DNA of 64,000 nt from Lingula anatina (lineage: Eukaryota > Animalia > Brachiopoda), in contig CM120640.1 in NCBI GenBank assembly GCA_051362555.1, positions 29,345,967 through 29,409,966 on the forward strand, in the 5' to 3' direction. Under the pieces are notes generated by a model. That model saw nothing but the letters and a program-made list of their open reading frames with translations. It was not told the DNA's origin and made no database searches. A program made the translations under genes and the position numbers. This document shows, in pieces, positions 1 through 12,779 of this stretch; within the stretch, counting starts at the first letter, position 1; each line of letters starts with the position of its first letter.

Positions 1-1304
1 GAGTGAAGAAAAAGGTGGAGCAACTCCGCCAAGCTTTAGAAGGGAGTCCAGCCTCCTCAGATGGCTGGGTGGATTCCCCTCTCCATCACCAGCTAAGTCC
101 CGAGCATTTCCGCCCACGTGCAAGTTCTAATGCCAGCAGCTGTGGTCGCCTCTCACCCATATCAGCAGTGTATGAGCCAGACTTGCATGAAAACCAAGTT
201 CCTCCCATGTCTCCTATACCTTGGAATGACATGGGCAGCTCCTCAAATCTAAGTGCTCCTTTTAACAATAGTGGACAGGACAGGTTTGCTGACTCACTTA
301 CTGACAGTATGGCAGACATGATGAAGTTAGAACCCGGCAATATGTCACCATGTATGTCTGCCTTCACTGGAGATCAGTTTGACGCAATGAATGGTGGTGG
401 TGGATCACGAAACAGTCCCATGCCTCCCACTTTCACCACATTAACCAACGTCCCCAATGTAAGCAGTTTTAACAATGTAGGACAAACCCTGGGACAGTTT
501 GGTCCACAACCAACATCGCAACAGAGTAATGGCTACAATAACTTGCAGTTTGGCTCCAACCTCCCAGCACCCCCACCTTATCCAGAGACACTGCGCAGCA
601 GTCCCCAACATAATATTATATCCACTACCATCCAAAATGGTCAGATGAGTGAAACACGGGAGTTCTTGGATTTGGATGAATTGAATTCCTCCATGGGTTT
701 GTATCAACCAGAGCCCATCATGGGAGACAACCCCATGTTGTCCACTACAGGTTTAGGCATGCAAAACCAGGGCCGAAATCTGGACTTCACCCTGAACAAC
801 CACAGTGCATTCCGTAATACTAACAGCCTTAATGTGGTACAGCAACAGCAGCAGCCATCACAGCAACCCCAGCGTTCACCTCAGCTCCAGCGGGCAGTAC
901 AGTCTCAACAGCAACAACATGCGCCAGTGAACAGAGTAGGTCTATCTGTTGGCACAGATAATTCCCTGCTGCGTCAGGCCTTACAACAGCCACAGACCAA
1001 ACAGTTGCAAGTACCTCGGATCTCGGGCTCTCCTACCAGCTTGCAAATGAATACTTCTAATTTCATGGGGAACGTTGCTAATGTGAACACTGTGAACATG
1101 CAACAACAGCAACAGATGGGTGGGCAACTGCAAATGTTTCCTAATGATATAGACCTTACACTGGATAGCCTGCAAGCAGAAGGCATAGAATGTGATGTTG
1201 ACCAAGTTATACGACAGGAACTTAGCATAGATGGAAACTTAGACTTTACTTTTGATCAACTTCAGCAGAATTTTCCAAACTCTAATACCAATTTGGTCCA
1301 GTGA
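1..1304 (+). CDS. FoxO: Forkhead box O transcription factor, terminal coding exon (5' part outside window; the GTG at 3 is not the real start)
   Basis: 433-codon open frame from the window edge. It has the basic KKK stretch expected just after the forkhead domain, the conserved third Akt site [11 protein letters not shown] followed by GRLSPI, a Q/N/S-rich middle, and the C-terminal FoxO transactivation motif [20 protein letters not shown]. Stop TGA at 1302-1304. Confidence 0.93.
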   Translation, partial: VKKKVEQLRQALEGSPASSDGWVDSPLHHQLSPEHFRPRASSNASSCGRLSPISAVYEPDLHENQVPPMSPIPWNDMGSSSNLSAPFNNSGQDRFADSLTDSMADMMKLEPGNMSPCMSAFTGDQFDAMNGGGGSRNSPMPPTFTTLTNVPNVSSFNNVGQTLGQFGPQPTSQQSNGYNNLQFGSNLPAPPPYPETLRSSPQHNIISTTIQNGQMSETREFLDLDELNSSMGLYQPEPIMGDNPMLSTTGLGMQNQGRNLDFTLNNHSAFRNTNSLNVVQQQQQPSQQPQRSPQLQRAVQSQQQQHAPVNRVGLSVGTDNSLLRQALQQPQTKQLQVPRISGSPTSLQMNTSNFMGNVANVNTVNMQQQQQMGGQLQMFPNDIDLTLDSLQAEGIECDVDQVIRQELSIDGNLDFTFDQLQQNFPNSNTNLVQ

Positions 1305-4300
1305 GATGAATATCAGCAGTTTTATTGCATTTAGGAGTAGGCACGGCCTTCCTTCTGTTGATAACATAAACAAAAGGAGTATTTGACACACCAGCTTATA
1401 CAGTGAAATGAACAGAAGTAATTACTGTGCCAGGTGTGATGTATATATGGTTCTGGTAGAAATCATATCAGGTTTATGAAGTGGAGGTCATGCCAGCTGC
1501 AGTGTGAAAAAAAAGGTGAAAAAAAAGATTGTACATGATCAGATAAAATGGTTTATGTCAGTCCATTGTTGTGTGTGGAGAGAACACTGTTACCATATAT
1601 CATTGTTATAGATAGAACAAAATTAATGATAGGAAAACTGAAGGAAATGCAAAGACTGAAGGCTTGGCTTAGGTTGGGATGGAATCTTCAAATTAATTAA
1701 AATCAAATAATACAATTGTTATGAAATTTACAAATTTGAAGAAAATTCAGCAACATGAGACTAGCCAGTAAGAGAGGTGATATATAATGAATTGCATGTT
1801 AGGGACCTTGTTGCTGATTGAGTTGTTCTGCTTGTCTTGGACTCCATTCCCATATACACACTTGGTCTACATATATCGATCCAACTATGCAAGGACACTC
1901 GCTGAGTGCCATCAGCGTAGCTAAATGACACTAGTTACCAGTTTACTCCTATAAACAACAGCTTTTCTGTCTTTAGCACCATGGCAGGAGGAGGTGTGTC
2001 ATTAAGGTAAGCTGGTTGACCTCAGGTTATGTACCCTCAAGAGCTGGATAGATTATGTATCCTGATGGTGTCAATGTAAATGGGGTCTAAAAGTGAAGTA
2101 AATATTTTTCATTTATATTTTATGCCATAAGAACTATGAACTAAGTGCTTGAAGAACAGAAGGTTTGATTTGTGAAACAACAATGTTTTGAGAGAGGATA
2201 AGATGAGAACTGACTTGTTTTTTAGAAATTATATGACAGTAAGGATAATAAGTTACTGCATACTGAGAGAAGCTTTAATTCACTTTGGATAGTTGACAAC
2301 TGATATTGTGAACATGCTAGCTAGCATGTGTACTAAACATGCTTGGAACCATATGGCAAATATATCTAGTACTGTGGACTGAACAGCAGCATGTAGTAGA
2401 TTGGGCAATTAAGTGGAGAGATTCTTATTTATTGAATGCTAAGCTGTCACATTTTTATGAACTGGGAAAAAGTCATATCCATTGATTTCTCCAAGCAATC
2501 AGTTTAGGTGTTGTATACAGCATCCGTAAGTTCAGATGATTGTGATACATCAGCTGATAAGAAATAATGGCAATAACTGTCAGCAAATATAACCTTACAC
2601 ACATTTGCCTCACCAAAACTCCCTTTTACAGCTAGTACTAGTTGCAGTTTTATTCTATATATACTTTCCCCATTATTTTGTGTTGTTATATTTCACTAGA
2701 ATACAACACTGAATATGTGTTGCTGTAGGAAAGACCCATTGCATGAGGACTTACAGAGACCTTACATGTGTGAGACACAGGTGTTAGGGAACGCAACCTG
2801 AAGAACAGTGAAAGGTGTGAACATTTAATTTTTTTCGTCTGCTAACATGGTTTAATTTCATCACACAGGTTCCTTCCTTTCTCTCCCATTGATTGTGATA
2901 TATCTTTTCTATAAAGTTTATAAAATTTCTCAAAATTATTTTAAGTGCTTTGGCTGTAGTAAAAGGGGTAAAAGTTAAAGCAAAGTAGGAGTAAAATGTT
3001 CAGCATATTTCCAGGATGTGTACCAGGCCTGCCAATTATGGGAAGAAGTAAGACCGTAAGACTTGCATCATTTTTACACAACTGCAAATGTGGAAAGGTG
3101 TTCACTGGATGGTAAAATATGTCTATGATTTATAACTAGTGTAACTTCTTAAAATTGTGATTTGATTATTATGAGCATTTTGCAGCAGTGTAAAATACTG
3201 TGACAGTTTGACAAGTGAAAAAAAAAAGAAAACCAATAGTTGGGCAAATGAAACGTCTTACTCTGTAAGATTGACAATGTATCATTGAAATTACTGTTCT
3301 TACAAAGTCGTGTCTGCTTACTGCTGAGAGACTTGGTTTGTGTTTGTATATGTGTTTAAAATAACAGCAGAGTAGAACGCGGCTTTGGTTGTGGTGAAAA
3401 GGTTGACCAAGAGCTATATTACCCAAACTGTACCCAAAATAATTCTGGGAAGAAAGTGGGTCATTGATATGGGGAGTTCCTAATTGGTGTGATAATAGGC
3501 TATTTTTCTGCACTCGTTCCTCCTACCTCCTATATCATGAGTCATTTCAAGCCTTTTTAAAAGGAATATGGTATGTAACTAGTGAAGGGGCAGAGGTGAA
3601 AGGGATGGAATATATTTTTAAGTCATTTAACTTGGTTATAAGTATTATAAAGCCCTTCCTTCTAACCAAACTTGGTTAGTTTTATGCGCTGTATAATATT
3701 CTTTTCAGCTCCTTTAGAAACATATACAGTCACTGCATATTTATATATGTATGTGTACTGATTACCTGTGTCTGTCCATGCCATTGCTGGTGATGTTTGA
3801 TACTTAAGTTGACACCATAGCTGCAAAACTGTTTTTTGGTTTTACTTTTCTTTTGAAAATTATCATGATGACTTATTTTTCACAGGAAATGAATCATTAT
3901 TTACATGACTCCTTAACTGTCAAGCAAAATTATTGTTCAACTTAAAATTTACTAGTTCTTGTTTGGTGAAAATGCAGGTGAGTTTTAAAATCAGCATATT
4001 TAATTACTTGTACCTTCAGTGAAATGTGAAACCAATGCAAGTCTAGTTCACTTGCTGCTGTTGCTGCTCAAAGACAATAGAGACCTTCAAGCTCAATCTA
4101 ATGGTATAAGGTCACATATCATCACTACTTGAACTTTCTAGATTTTGAGGCCCTTCAGTGCATTTTCACAGGTCTGGCACTCGTCAAAATTTACCATTGT
4201 CAAGTTGTTTTTTTTTAATTAGATATGAAATATCTAATAACTGAGGAAAATATAAGAAACAACAACAGGAAGTTGGTCCAAAGTCATGTGGAGAGTTAAC

Positions 4301-7300
4301 ATCTAGCCTTAGTGTTTGACCTTTGACCTATTTTGAATGACAAATGGGGGGGGGATACAAAATTTCTGTTGGTTTTCAGAAGCTGTGTTAGTGTGCAGCG
4401 TTACAGGGATGGCAGCTGCTAAGTTCCAAGTCTAGAAATTCTGATATTTGCACTGAGGGTCATAGGGATTGCTTTAATTAAAAAAGGTCTAATTGCACAT
4501 TTGCAGTGTATTCTATACTCAACTAATATTTTGCTAACCAATGAGGGAAAAAAAAGGATACTTACCACAGGAGTTCAGTAGTAGAGGATTCATATATGAC
4601 TTTGGACTTCATCTTTGGTCAGTTTTTCAAGGTTAAATAGGTCCAGAGTCTTGCGTCACCTCTGTTTCCCCAAATTTGAAGAAACAATACATTTTTAGTA
4701 TTGGGTCTTTGAAATGCTCATAGTTTGGGAGCAGTCAGTGCATTTCACTGGTGCTACAACATTTAAATGCTGGGCTAAAAAACTCATTCTAACTTTCGGT
4801 ACATATGGAAATCCATTATTGCATTTAGAAAAGCTCTTCATGCCCTGTTCTGTTGGTGGTGACCATTAGTTCAAAGATTGTGCTGATACAGTAATGTGTA
4901 TAATGGTTGGTTAGAAAAACCATAAATTCTGATTAATGAAAAAGATTTGTCTGAAGAAAAGCTATACCTGCTTTTGGGATGAAAATTACAATTTCAATAA
5001 GGTTTATGCCATTTATCTTGCCTAGGTGTCATTGAATGTTTCTTTGAATTTCTTTGTTTTTTATTATTTTATATGCACCACCTTTCATATCTAGTGTGGA
5101 AATGAAAGACCTTCCTAGTATATAATGTCACCTAAGTTCAGGCATTGAGTTATAATGATATGCTACAGTTTCCCTTTAATGATATTAATTCTTAGCAGCA
5201 AGTTCTAACCATATTTCATTTTTTTTTTTAAAGATTATGATAATATGTACCTTTTCACACTAAGCAGCGCAGATTTCAGTGTTGCAACAATTTGAGTCCA
5301 ACTGGAGCAATGCAAAAACTAAATATATATTTAATGTGGAAAGGGTGCATGATTAATTTTTCCTTAAGATATCTAACACAGATGTTCTTTGACTTGTTTA
5401 TAGAAACCTTAATTTTTCTGGCAACCTATTTACTGGTTTTTCTGTTGAATTGTAAATTTTTATAGTAAAAGGTCTTGGGTTGTATTTTGTCAGGCGAGAT
5501 GCAGAGAAATATTGTACATTGATCATAGAATTTAGGATTATTATTTTTTTCTTACATTGGAAATACCCTGGATGAGACCTTCATTTTGATATATGGTTTG
5601 ATTTATTGTTTATTGGGGAAACATGTCTTCTTGCAAAGTAGCAAATATATTTTCTTTCCAGGTAGTGTTTACTGTGGCAAGATAAATGCCTAAATATGTT
5701 GGCATCCCTTTTATGAGATTATGTGGTTCCTGATAGAAGTTATGTGCAACCCAGTTAGTTTTTTTTAGGAATGGAGAAAAGCTTAAATATTAATTTGAAT
5801 AAGGTAGTGACTCAAAAGGAGATTATCGTTATCAAGCATGTATCACAGAAGGGATCTTTGTATGGCTTGATAGACATGGCTATATATTCAAGTTGATTAT
5901 CTTCTTTCCTCTCAGTTTTGTGATAAATACCCTTCACATTGCTATGAAATTTAATGGCTTCTTTTCCTGTCTAGAATTACATAATTTACAACCAGGAAGG
6001 ATTCTATGTATAAGATAATCGCAGACCAAATCAGCCTGAACTGCCTCGATGAGATCAATTTTTGTTAAAGGTGACAAGGTAGCTAGGAGTATTTTGAGGT
6101 GAGGTTGCCAGCTGTAGATTGGAGTAGGGACATTGACTTGTCAGCCAAAGTAATATAACAATGTTCTCTCCCTCATTCTGGGTTATATGCAGGTCATATT
6201 GTCAGTCAAATACTGGCATTTTGCCCTGTTTAATCTGTAAATAAAATTTGCTGACAGTACTAGAGCTTCTGATTAAGAGATAGATTTAAAAGATTATTAG
6301 ATATTCTATTTTAATTTAGATTTGTAAAATGGAAGTTGTTTAGTAGTGACTTTGTTTCCATGATGGACAGATCATTGATTATTGTTAAGATGGAGCTTGG
6401 AAACCTTTTACAGAATATGTAAAGATGTATATTAAAAGTGCAGAGAAATGTAGATATTTTAGCTTAATACGGTTGATTGTAGTATATATTTTATCAATAT
6501 GGTCTTGTGTATATTGTTATTTGTATGGTAACAAATGTGGCATATATAACTTAGACTACCCTTGTATTATACAGTCAAATTGTATACCATAAGTGCTGTG
6601 CACAGGCAGAGCAGCCAATACTATTGAGTGGCATCAATATGATTTGGATGGTAGACATTTTAGTTGCTTTTTTGATGCCAGTGGTTATGAAGTGCATTTA
6701 TTTGCCAAGCTAAGATTTGTATACAAATATATATGATGTTCATTGTTGATTTTACATGACAGGTGTTTTGCGGCAACTTTTTTTCATATTGTAGATTTGC
6801 ACTGCTGGCTTTTTGCCTAGGGTTTTAGTAAATCATATTTTAACTTTGGGTGTTTCTTTTATCTTTCTACAAATACTTTTTATGGACAGACCAAGTGTGT
6901 CTGGACATTAGCCATCAACTGCATCTCTCATCATTGTTGCCATGCACTTTCCTGGTCCTTCACTTTTTCTTTATTTAAACAGTAGTAGGAAAACCATGTT
7001 GTACCAAAATTGACATGAACATGAACCATTATCGTTAACCAATTGAAAAATGATATTTCTTGTATTTTTTAACTTACAGTATTGATTCACAGGACTGGAG
7101 TTCAAGTTATGTTTGATTATAAGCTTTTTGGGGTTCTTTTTCTTAAAGTGATTATTTTTGTGGAATCTTTATTTTTTTTTCACACATTGGCATCTTCAAG
7201 ATGTGATTTTGAGTCCATGTGGGTCTCAAGCCCTGTTAATTTTTGAAAGTCCATAGTAACAGCATGTATTTAAAAATTGTTAGTAATTTTATTGTTACTT

Positions 7301-8420
7301 GATATGGCATTGAAATTTACAAAAAAATGTGCACTTTCTTAATTTTTTATTATTTTCAGATTGTATTAGCTTATATTGTTTTTGCTTATATCAGATTTGA
7401 CACTTACGTCTGTCCATTTGACAACTTTGCTGCCTTGTTGATATTTATAAATTACAATTATTCTGAAATTGTTTCTTCATTTATAATTTCTGCATACTGA
7501 ATTTATATGGAGATGATGTTAACACAAACCCAAACTTATTTTAAAAGGAGTAGAACTGGCTTCTTTAAAAGACAAAGGTAATACAATTCTAAATATGTAG
7601 GCACAAATATGGAGTTATTTAAGTTAACAAATTAGTGGGTGATGTCTATTTTTATGCTGTTCACTACTTGTTCAGTAATTTCAAATGAGAGTCATCCTTC
7701 TGGTCAGGTATGTATTCTTTTAATTGCTTTTTAAAATGCTTAATAATGATAAGGCACTCTACCAGGAGAAGTGGCATTTTCTTGATACAGCCATATATAT
7801 GTATAAATATAAAGAACTTGCATTACATTAGGTTGTTATTATATTCTTGTATTTTTATTTATTTTTTTGATGCTGTTGAGTACATGTTGAAAGGAAATTA
7901 AGACCAATACATATATTACATATGTAGCTTCATAGTATTTGTTACATAACAACAAATGTGTGATTCTGATAAGCCAACATGACTTATATTTGCATGGCTG
8001 GTCATGACAACTATCATGTCTATTTTAAGTATCAGAACTATATGGGAAAATTTCTTTTCTTACCTTGTCATATAAACATTTACTTTAGATGCACTTGTAA
8101 TTATTATTATTATTTTTTTTTTAAATAATATGTGTAAAGAAAGACTGTAACATTTACCGTAAACCACATAATGGGCTTTATACACCTAATTTATCAGTTG
8201 TTATAGAATATGTGAATGGCACAATTTAGATTGAAGTTGAAAGGTGCCATGCATATTTTTCATCACCACATGGAATGTGTAAAATTGTCCAAATAATATG
8301 ATGTGGTTAAAGGAACTTAAAAAGTTTCCCGAGTTATCTAAGGCCACAAATTCATGTAGTATCAGCACTAATAATAAAATTTTCAAATTCAAATAAAGAT
8401 AGTAAGGGTTTATTTTTCTG
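1305..8420 (+). other. Putative long FoxO 3'UTR
   Basis: T-rich, CpG-poor, nearly free of recognisable transposons and with no credible ORF. AATAAA at 6240, 8373 and 8392, the last followed by a T-rich tract. Transposon-dense DNA begins at about 8846. The 3' end is inferred. Confidence 0.5.
8373..8397 (+). terminator. Candidate polyadenylation signals for FoxO
   Basis: Two AATAAA hexamers (8373-8378, 8392-8397) followed by GGGTTTATTTTTCTGT. Confidence 0.35.
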
Positions 8421-8845
8421 TACAGAAACTGCGTCTGGGTGTGAAGTCATCACCTAAGTGTGTCTATTTGATTGACATCTCCTGGCATATTTAATTGTTA
8501 ACATAAATTTAAATTGATAAACACTTGACTTATTACTTGCTAAAAAAATGCAACTATAATGGTCAACATGCTTGTTTATTTGTAGTTATGTGCAGCTTTT
8601 CGGTTGCTGACAAAAGCACAATTTTAGATATTTGGTATAAAAAAAAATTCTGTAGATATGAAATTGGTCAAGGATGAACCTTATTGATTTACATAAGAAT
8701 AGTATTCATTGTTTATTTCAAGTTTTACTATTTTCTTTGGAAATTCCATTGACAATTTGGAAAAATCTGTACTTAGTGTCTGAACATAGCGTTATGCATA
8801 GCATAAGCATTATGTAGTATTGCATCAAAATTGAAAAAAAAATCC

Positions 8846-11643
8846 TTTTTTATGTACAGACACAGATGTGTCTGTACATATTGCCATCACCTGCGTCTGT
8901 CGTCGCCGATGGCGATGCCGTCGCCGTGCACTTTCCTTGTAAACACGATAAGTGGAAGGCAGTTTTACTTTTTGGCTTTATATTTACAGAGCTGATGAAT
9001 ATTCATAAAACGCAGGTCAAGTTCGAAAATCAGCATGATCGGGCCATTATTTTAGTAGTTATGCGGTTTTTTCATTGTTCAGCATATATACAACACTGTA
9101 AACACAATATAAGAAAAACAGAAAGCCCAATTGTCATTAAACTCACAGGAATGGTCAGTCTTACTAAAACGCAGGTTGAGTTCGAAAATCAGCATAACTG
9201 GGGCATTATTTTAGAAGTTATGCTGTTTTTTCACATTTCCTCAGATTTCCTCAGATTTAATTCTTAGGCATGTTAATAGCCTTATTATTTAAGTAATAAG
9301 ATACGTAAAAGTGTTTGTTTGACATTTCCTGCATCTTTACAACATTGTTAGTTGATTTTGTAAAAATGATGGTAAACTTGTTATCGTGTATTGTGTAATA
9401 AAGTGTCAAAAATGGAAATAAACTCATATCATTGCAGTTTGTCAGATTCAATCATTCACTATGTTCAGAATCTCAGAATGGAAGAAATTGGACATTTAAC
9501 ACTGTTCTATTGATATTTTTCACATCTCATCAATTTTCTTAGTTGATCTTATAAAAATGGCAGTAACCTATTAATTTTGTTTTATGTTAAAAAAGTGTTA
9601 AAAATGGAAATAAACCCATTTCAGAACAGTGCAGTCTTGTTTACATTTTGGCAATTTTAAGGCGTGACTTTGAAGTTCCATGGGCCTAAAAACCTTTGTT
9701 AGTCACGTTTACTATTTGTCCATGATACTAATATTTTATTATTAAAAATTGATGATCATTATGCTGTTAAACATTATGTAATATTGCATCAAAATTTGAA
9801 AAAAACCTATTTTGGGCACTGCTCCCATGATGACCATTTAAGAAAAACCATGTCACTTACTGTTCTCAAACAGTACAGTTAATATGTACAGATGTGTCTG
9901 TACATATTGCCATCACCTGCGTCTGTCGTCGCCGTCGTTGCCGTCACTGTCGCTGTCGCCCGCGCCATGCACTTTCATTGTTAACACGATAAGTGGAAGG
10001 CAGTTTTACTTTTTGGCTGTATATTTACAGAGCTGATGAATATTCATAAAACACAGGTCAAGTTCGAAAAATCAGCATGATCGGGCCATTAATGTAGAAG
10101 TTATGCTGTTTTTTCACTTTTCAGCATATATGCAACACTGTAAACACATTTCAAGGAAAACCGATAAGCTTTTTGTCATGAAACTCACAGGCGTAATCGA
10201 TCTTACTATAACGCAGGTCAAGTTCGAAAATCGGCATGATCGGGCCACTATTTTAGTAGTTATGCTTTTTTTTTTCACTTTTCAGCATATATGCAACACT
10301 GTAAACACAATATAAGAAAAACAGATAGGCCAATTGTCATTAAACTGACAGGAGTGGTCATTCCTGCTAAGACGCAGGTTGAGTTCAAAAATCAGCATAA
10401 TCGGGCCATTATTTTAAAGAAATGCAGTTTTTTCACATTTCCTCAGATTTAATTCTTAGGCATGTAAACAGTCTCATTATTAAACTAATAAGATACGTAA
10501 AAGTTTTTGTTTGGCATTTCCTGCAATTTTACAACATTGTTAGTTGATTATGTAAAAATGATGGTAAACTTGTTATCGTGTATTGTGTAATAAAGTTTCA
10601 AAAATGGAAATAAACTCATATCATTGCAGTTTGTCAGATTCAATCATTCACTATGTTCAGAATCTCAGAATGGAAGAAATTGGACATTTAACACTGCTCT
10701 ATTGATATTTTTCCCATCTCATCAATTTTCTTAGTTGATCATATAAAAATGGCAGTAAACTGTTAATTTTGTTTTATGTTAAAAATTGTTAAAAATGGAA
10801 AAAAAAAATATTTCAGAACTGTGCTGTCTTGTTTACATTTTGGCATTTTCAAGTTGTGACTTTGAAGTTCCATGAGCCTGAAGACCTTTGCTAGTCACAT
10901 TTTCTGAATATCCATAATACTAATATTTTATTATTAAAGTTGATGGTCATTATGCTGTTAAACATTATGTAATATTGCATCAAAATTTGAAAAAAAAAAC
11001 TATTTTGGGCACTGCTCCCATGATGACCATTTAAGAAAAACCATGTCACTTACTGTTCTCAAACTTACAGGAAAGAAACATGGGACTAAAATATAGCTTC
11101 AGTAGGCAATGCAATCTGCCAGTTAAACAGTTTTTTTGTGAAATTTTAATTTTTCACATATTGGCATTTTCAAGGTGTGACTTTGAAGTTCCACAGGCTT
11201 GAAGACCAATGCTTGTCACATTTTCTGAAAATCCATGATACGTATATTTTATTATTAAAAATTGATTGTCATTATGCTGGTAACCATTATGTAATATTAC
11301 ATCAGAATAGAAGAAAACACAATTTTGGGTGCTGCTGCCATGATGACCATTATGGGAAAACCATGTTACTTATGATTGCCAAACTTTCAAAAAAGAAATA
11401 CAGGACTAAAATGCAGCCTGAGTTGGAAAAGCAGTCTAATTGACTTCTTTTTCTGGAAGTTTTACATTTTCAAAGGGTGAACTTGAACTCCCATGGGCCT
11501 GAAGTCTTATGTTTGTTACACATTTTACTTACATGGGTATTACCTGTTGAGCATAATTTTGCATCAGAATTGACAGTAGCCTATTTTGTTATTTCCTGCT
11601 TTTTGTCTGTACATTTGACAGCTTTGCTGCCTTGTTTTTTTTT
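8846..11643 (+). mobile_element. Non-autonomous Helentron/HINE-like element family 1; 3'-truncated copy (8846-~9880) joined head-to-tail to a complete copy (~9883-11643)
   Basis: 5' T-run, hairpin TGTACAGACAC-agat-GTGTCTGTACA, (GTC/GCC)n microsatellite, internal degenerate tandem units, 3' subterminal GTCTGTACA plus small hairpin CAGC-ttt-GCTG and a terminal T-run. This is the DINE-1/HINE architecture, and the sequence recurs through the window. Confidence 0.75.
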
Positions 11644-11779
11644 GGTGTACTGCCAAGCAGTTTGAAGGAAAGCAGAGTTATTTATTATGCTCAAACTTAC
11701 AATAGTGGATAAGGTGAGTTTGAGACCCAGTCCAGTTTCTTTTTCTCGAAGTAATAATTTCATTGAATTTTATTTATAG

Positions 11780-12170
11780 GCACATCAGGTCTGCACATAT
11801 TCGTACCCATCACCTGCATCTGTCGGCATCATACACTTTCAGATATAACACTTTAAGTGGAAAACATTTTTATGAACAGACACAGATGTGTCTATACACG
11901 TAGCCGTCACTTGCATCCACCGTCACCAAGCACTTTAAGAGAAAACACAATAAACGAAAAACCTTTCTACCTTTTGCCTTCAAAATTCTGGAAATTATGA
12001 AAATTCATAAAATACAGGAAGGATTAAAATACCAGCTTTCCAAAAGTTATGCTCTTTTTTCACTTTTCAGCATATGTGCAATGCAGATAACGCAATAAGC
12101 ACCAAAATACACGTAAAGTTCAAAAACAAGCCTGATCCAATTATTTTACTTGAAGTTATATATATATTTG
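11780..12170 (+). mobile_element. Degenerate HINE family 1 5' fragments
   Basis: Diverged matches to the 5' hairpin (GAACAGACACAGATGTGTCTATACA) and the first internal repeat. Confidence 0.55.
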
Positions 12171-12720
12171 AAGAATATAGAATATAGAGTTTTTAGAATA
12201 AGAAAGCTTTTAGATAATATTTACACCTTTGTAATATTTAAAAATTATACTACAAGATGCATGTTTAATTTAATGATAAATTCGCTCTCAACTTCAATGC
12301 TGGTGACACCAAGAAAGTAGCTGCAAGCTATTTATTGCATTATATTTTTAAAATTAACAACTAGACTGATGGGAGAATGAGTGATAGTGCTGCAAGCGAA
12401 AGTAACAAAAGTTTAAAATTTAGCCCGTCTATTTTATTTATTTATTTGGCAGAACAGATAAATCTAGTAATTATTCTTTTCAGTGATTGAAGTTGCTTGA
12501 CTGATGTAAGTAAAGTTCCACTTGTATAAACAATTCTTCCTCTATCTACTTTTAATAAAATGATTTTTAAAAAAAACCCATTCAGCTTGACTCCCCGTAC
12601 AGTGGATTAAGTGAGCCTATGCTTGGTGGCCTAGTTATGTTAATCTATATTCGTGATGTGCTAGATGTGACCGCTTGTTGGGATGATAGTGTGCTGTCAC
12701 AATTAACGCATTTCTGTCAA

Positions 12721-12732
12721 CAAACATGGCGG
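12721..12732 (+). promoter_or_regulatory. YY1-like motif AACATGGCG overlapping the MFSD9-A start codon
   Basis: CAAACATGGCGG at 12721-12732, with a locally CpG-richer zone at about 12600-13400 typical of an unmethylated promoter. Confidence 0.4.
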
Positions 12733-12779
12733 AGGCAAATGGCATGGTGCTTAATGTAATATATTTATCCGGTTTCCTA
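12726..12779 (+). CDS. MFSD9: MFSD9-like transporter copy A, exon 1 (MAEANGMVLNVIYLSGFL)
   Basis: ATG in strong context, matches the MFSD9 TM1 pattern (xYLxGFL|DLFGVS), donor GTAAGT at 12780, phase 0. Confidence 0.85.

Noticed and set aside
3-5. GTG start of the 433-aa ORF
   Set aside because: The frame is open from the window edge and the forkhead domain lies upstream, so this is an internal Val codon.
8866-11665. Short ORFs with recurring QVKFENQHD motifs (also 38880, 57262, 59735)
   Set aside because: Chance translations of HINE internal repeats; the frames are not preserved between copies.
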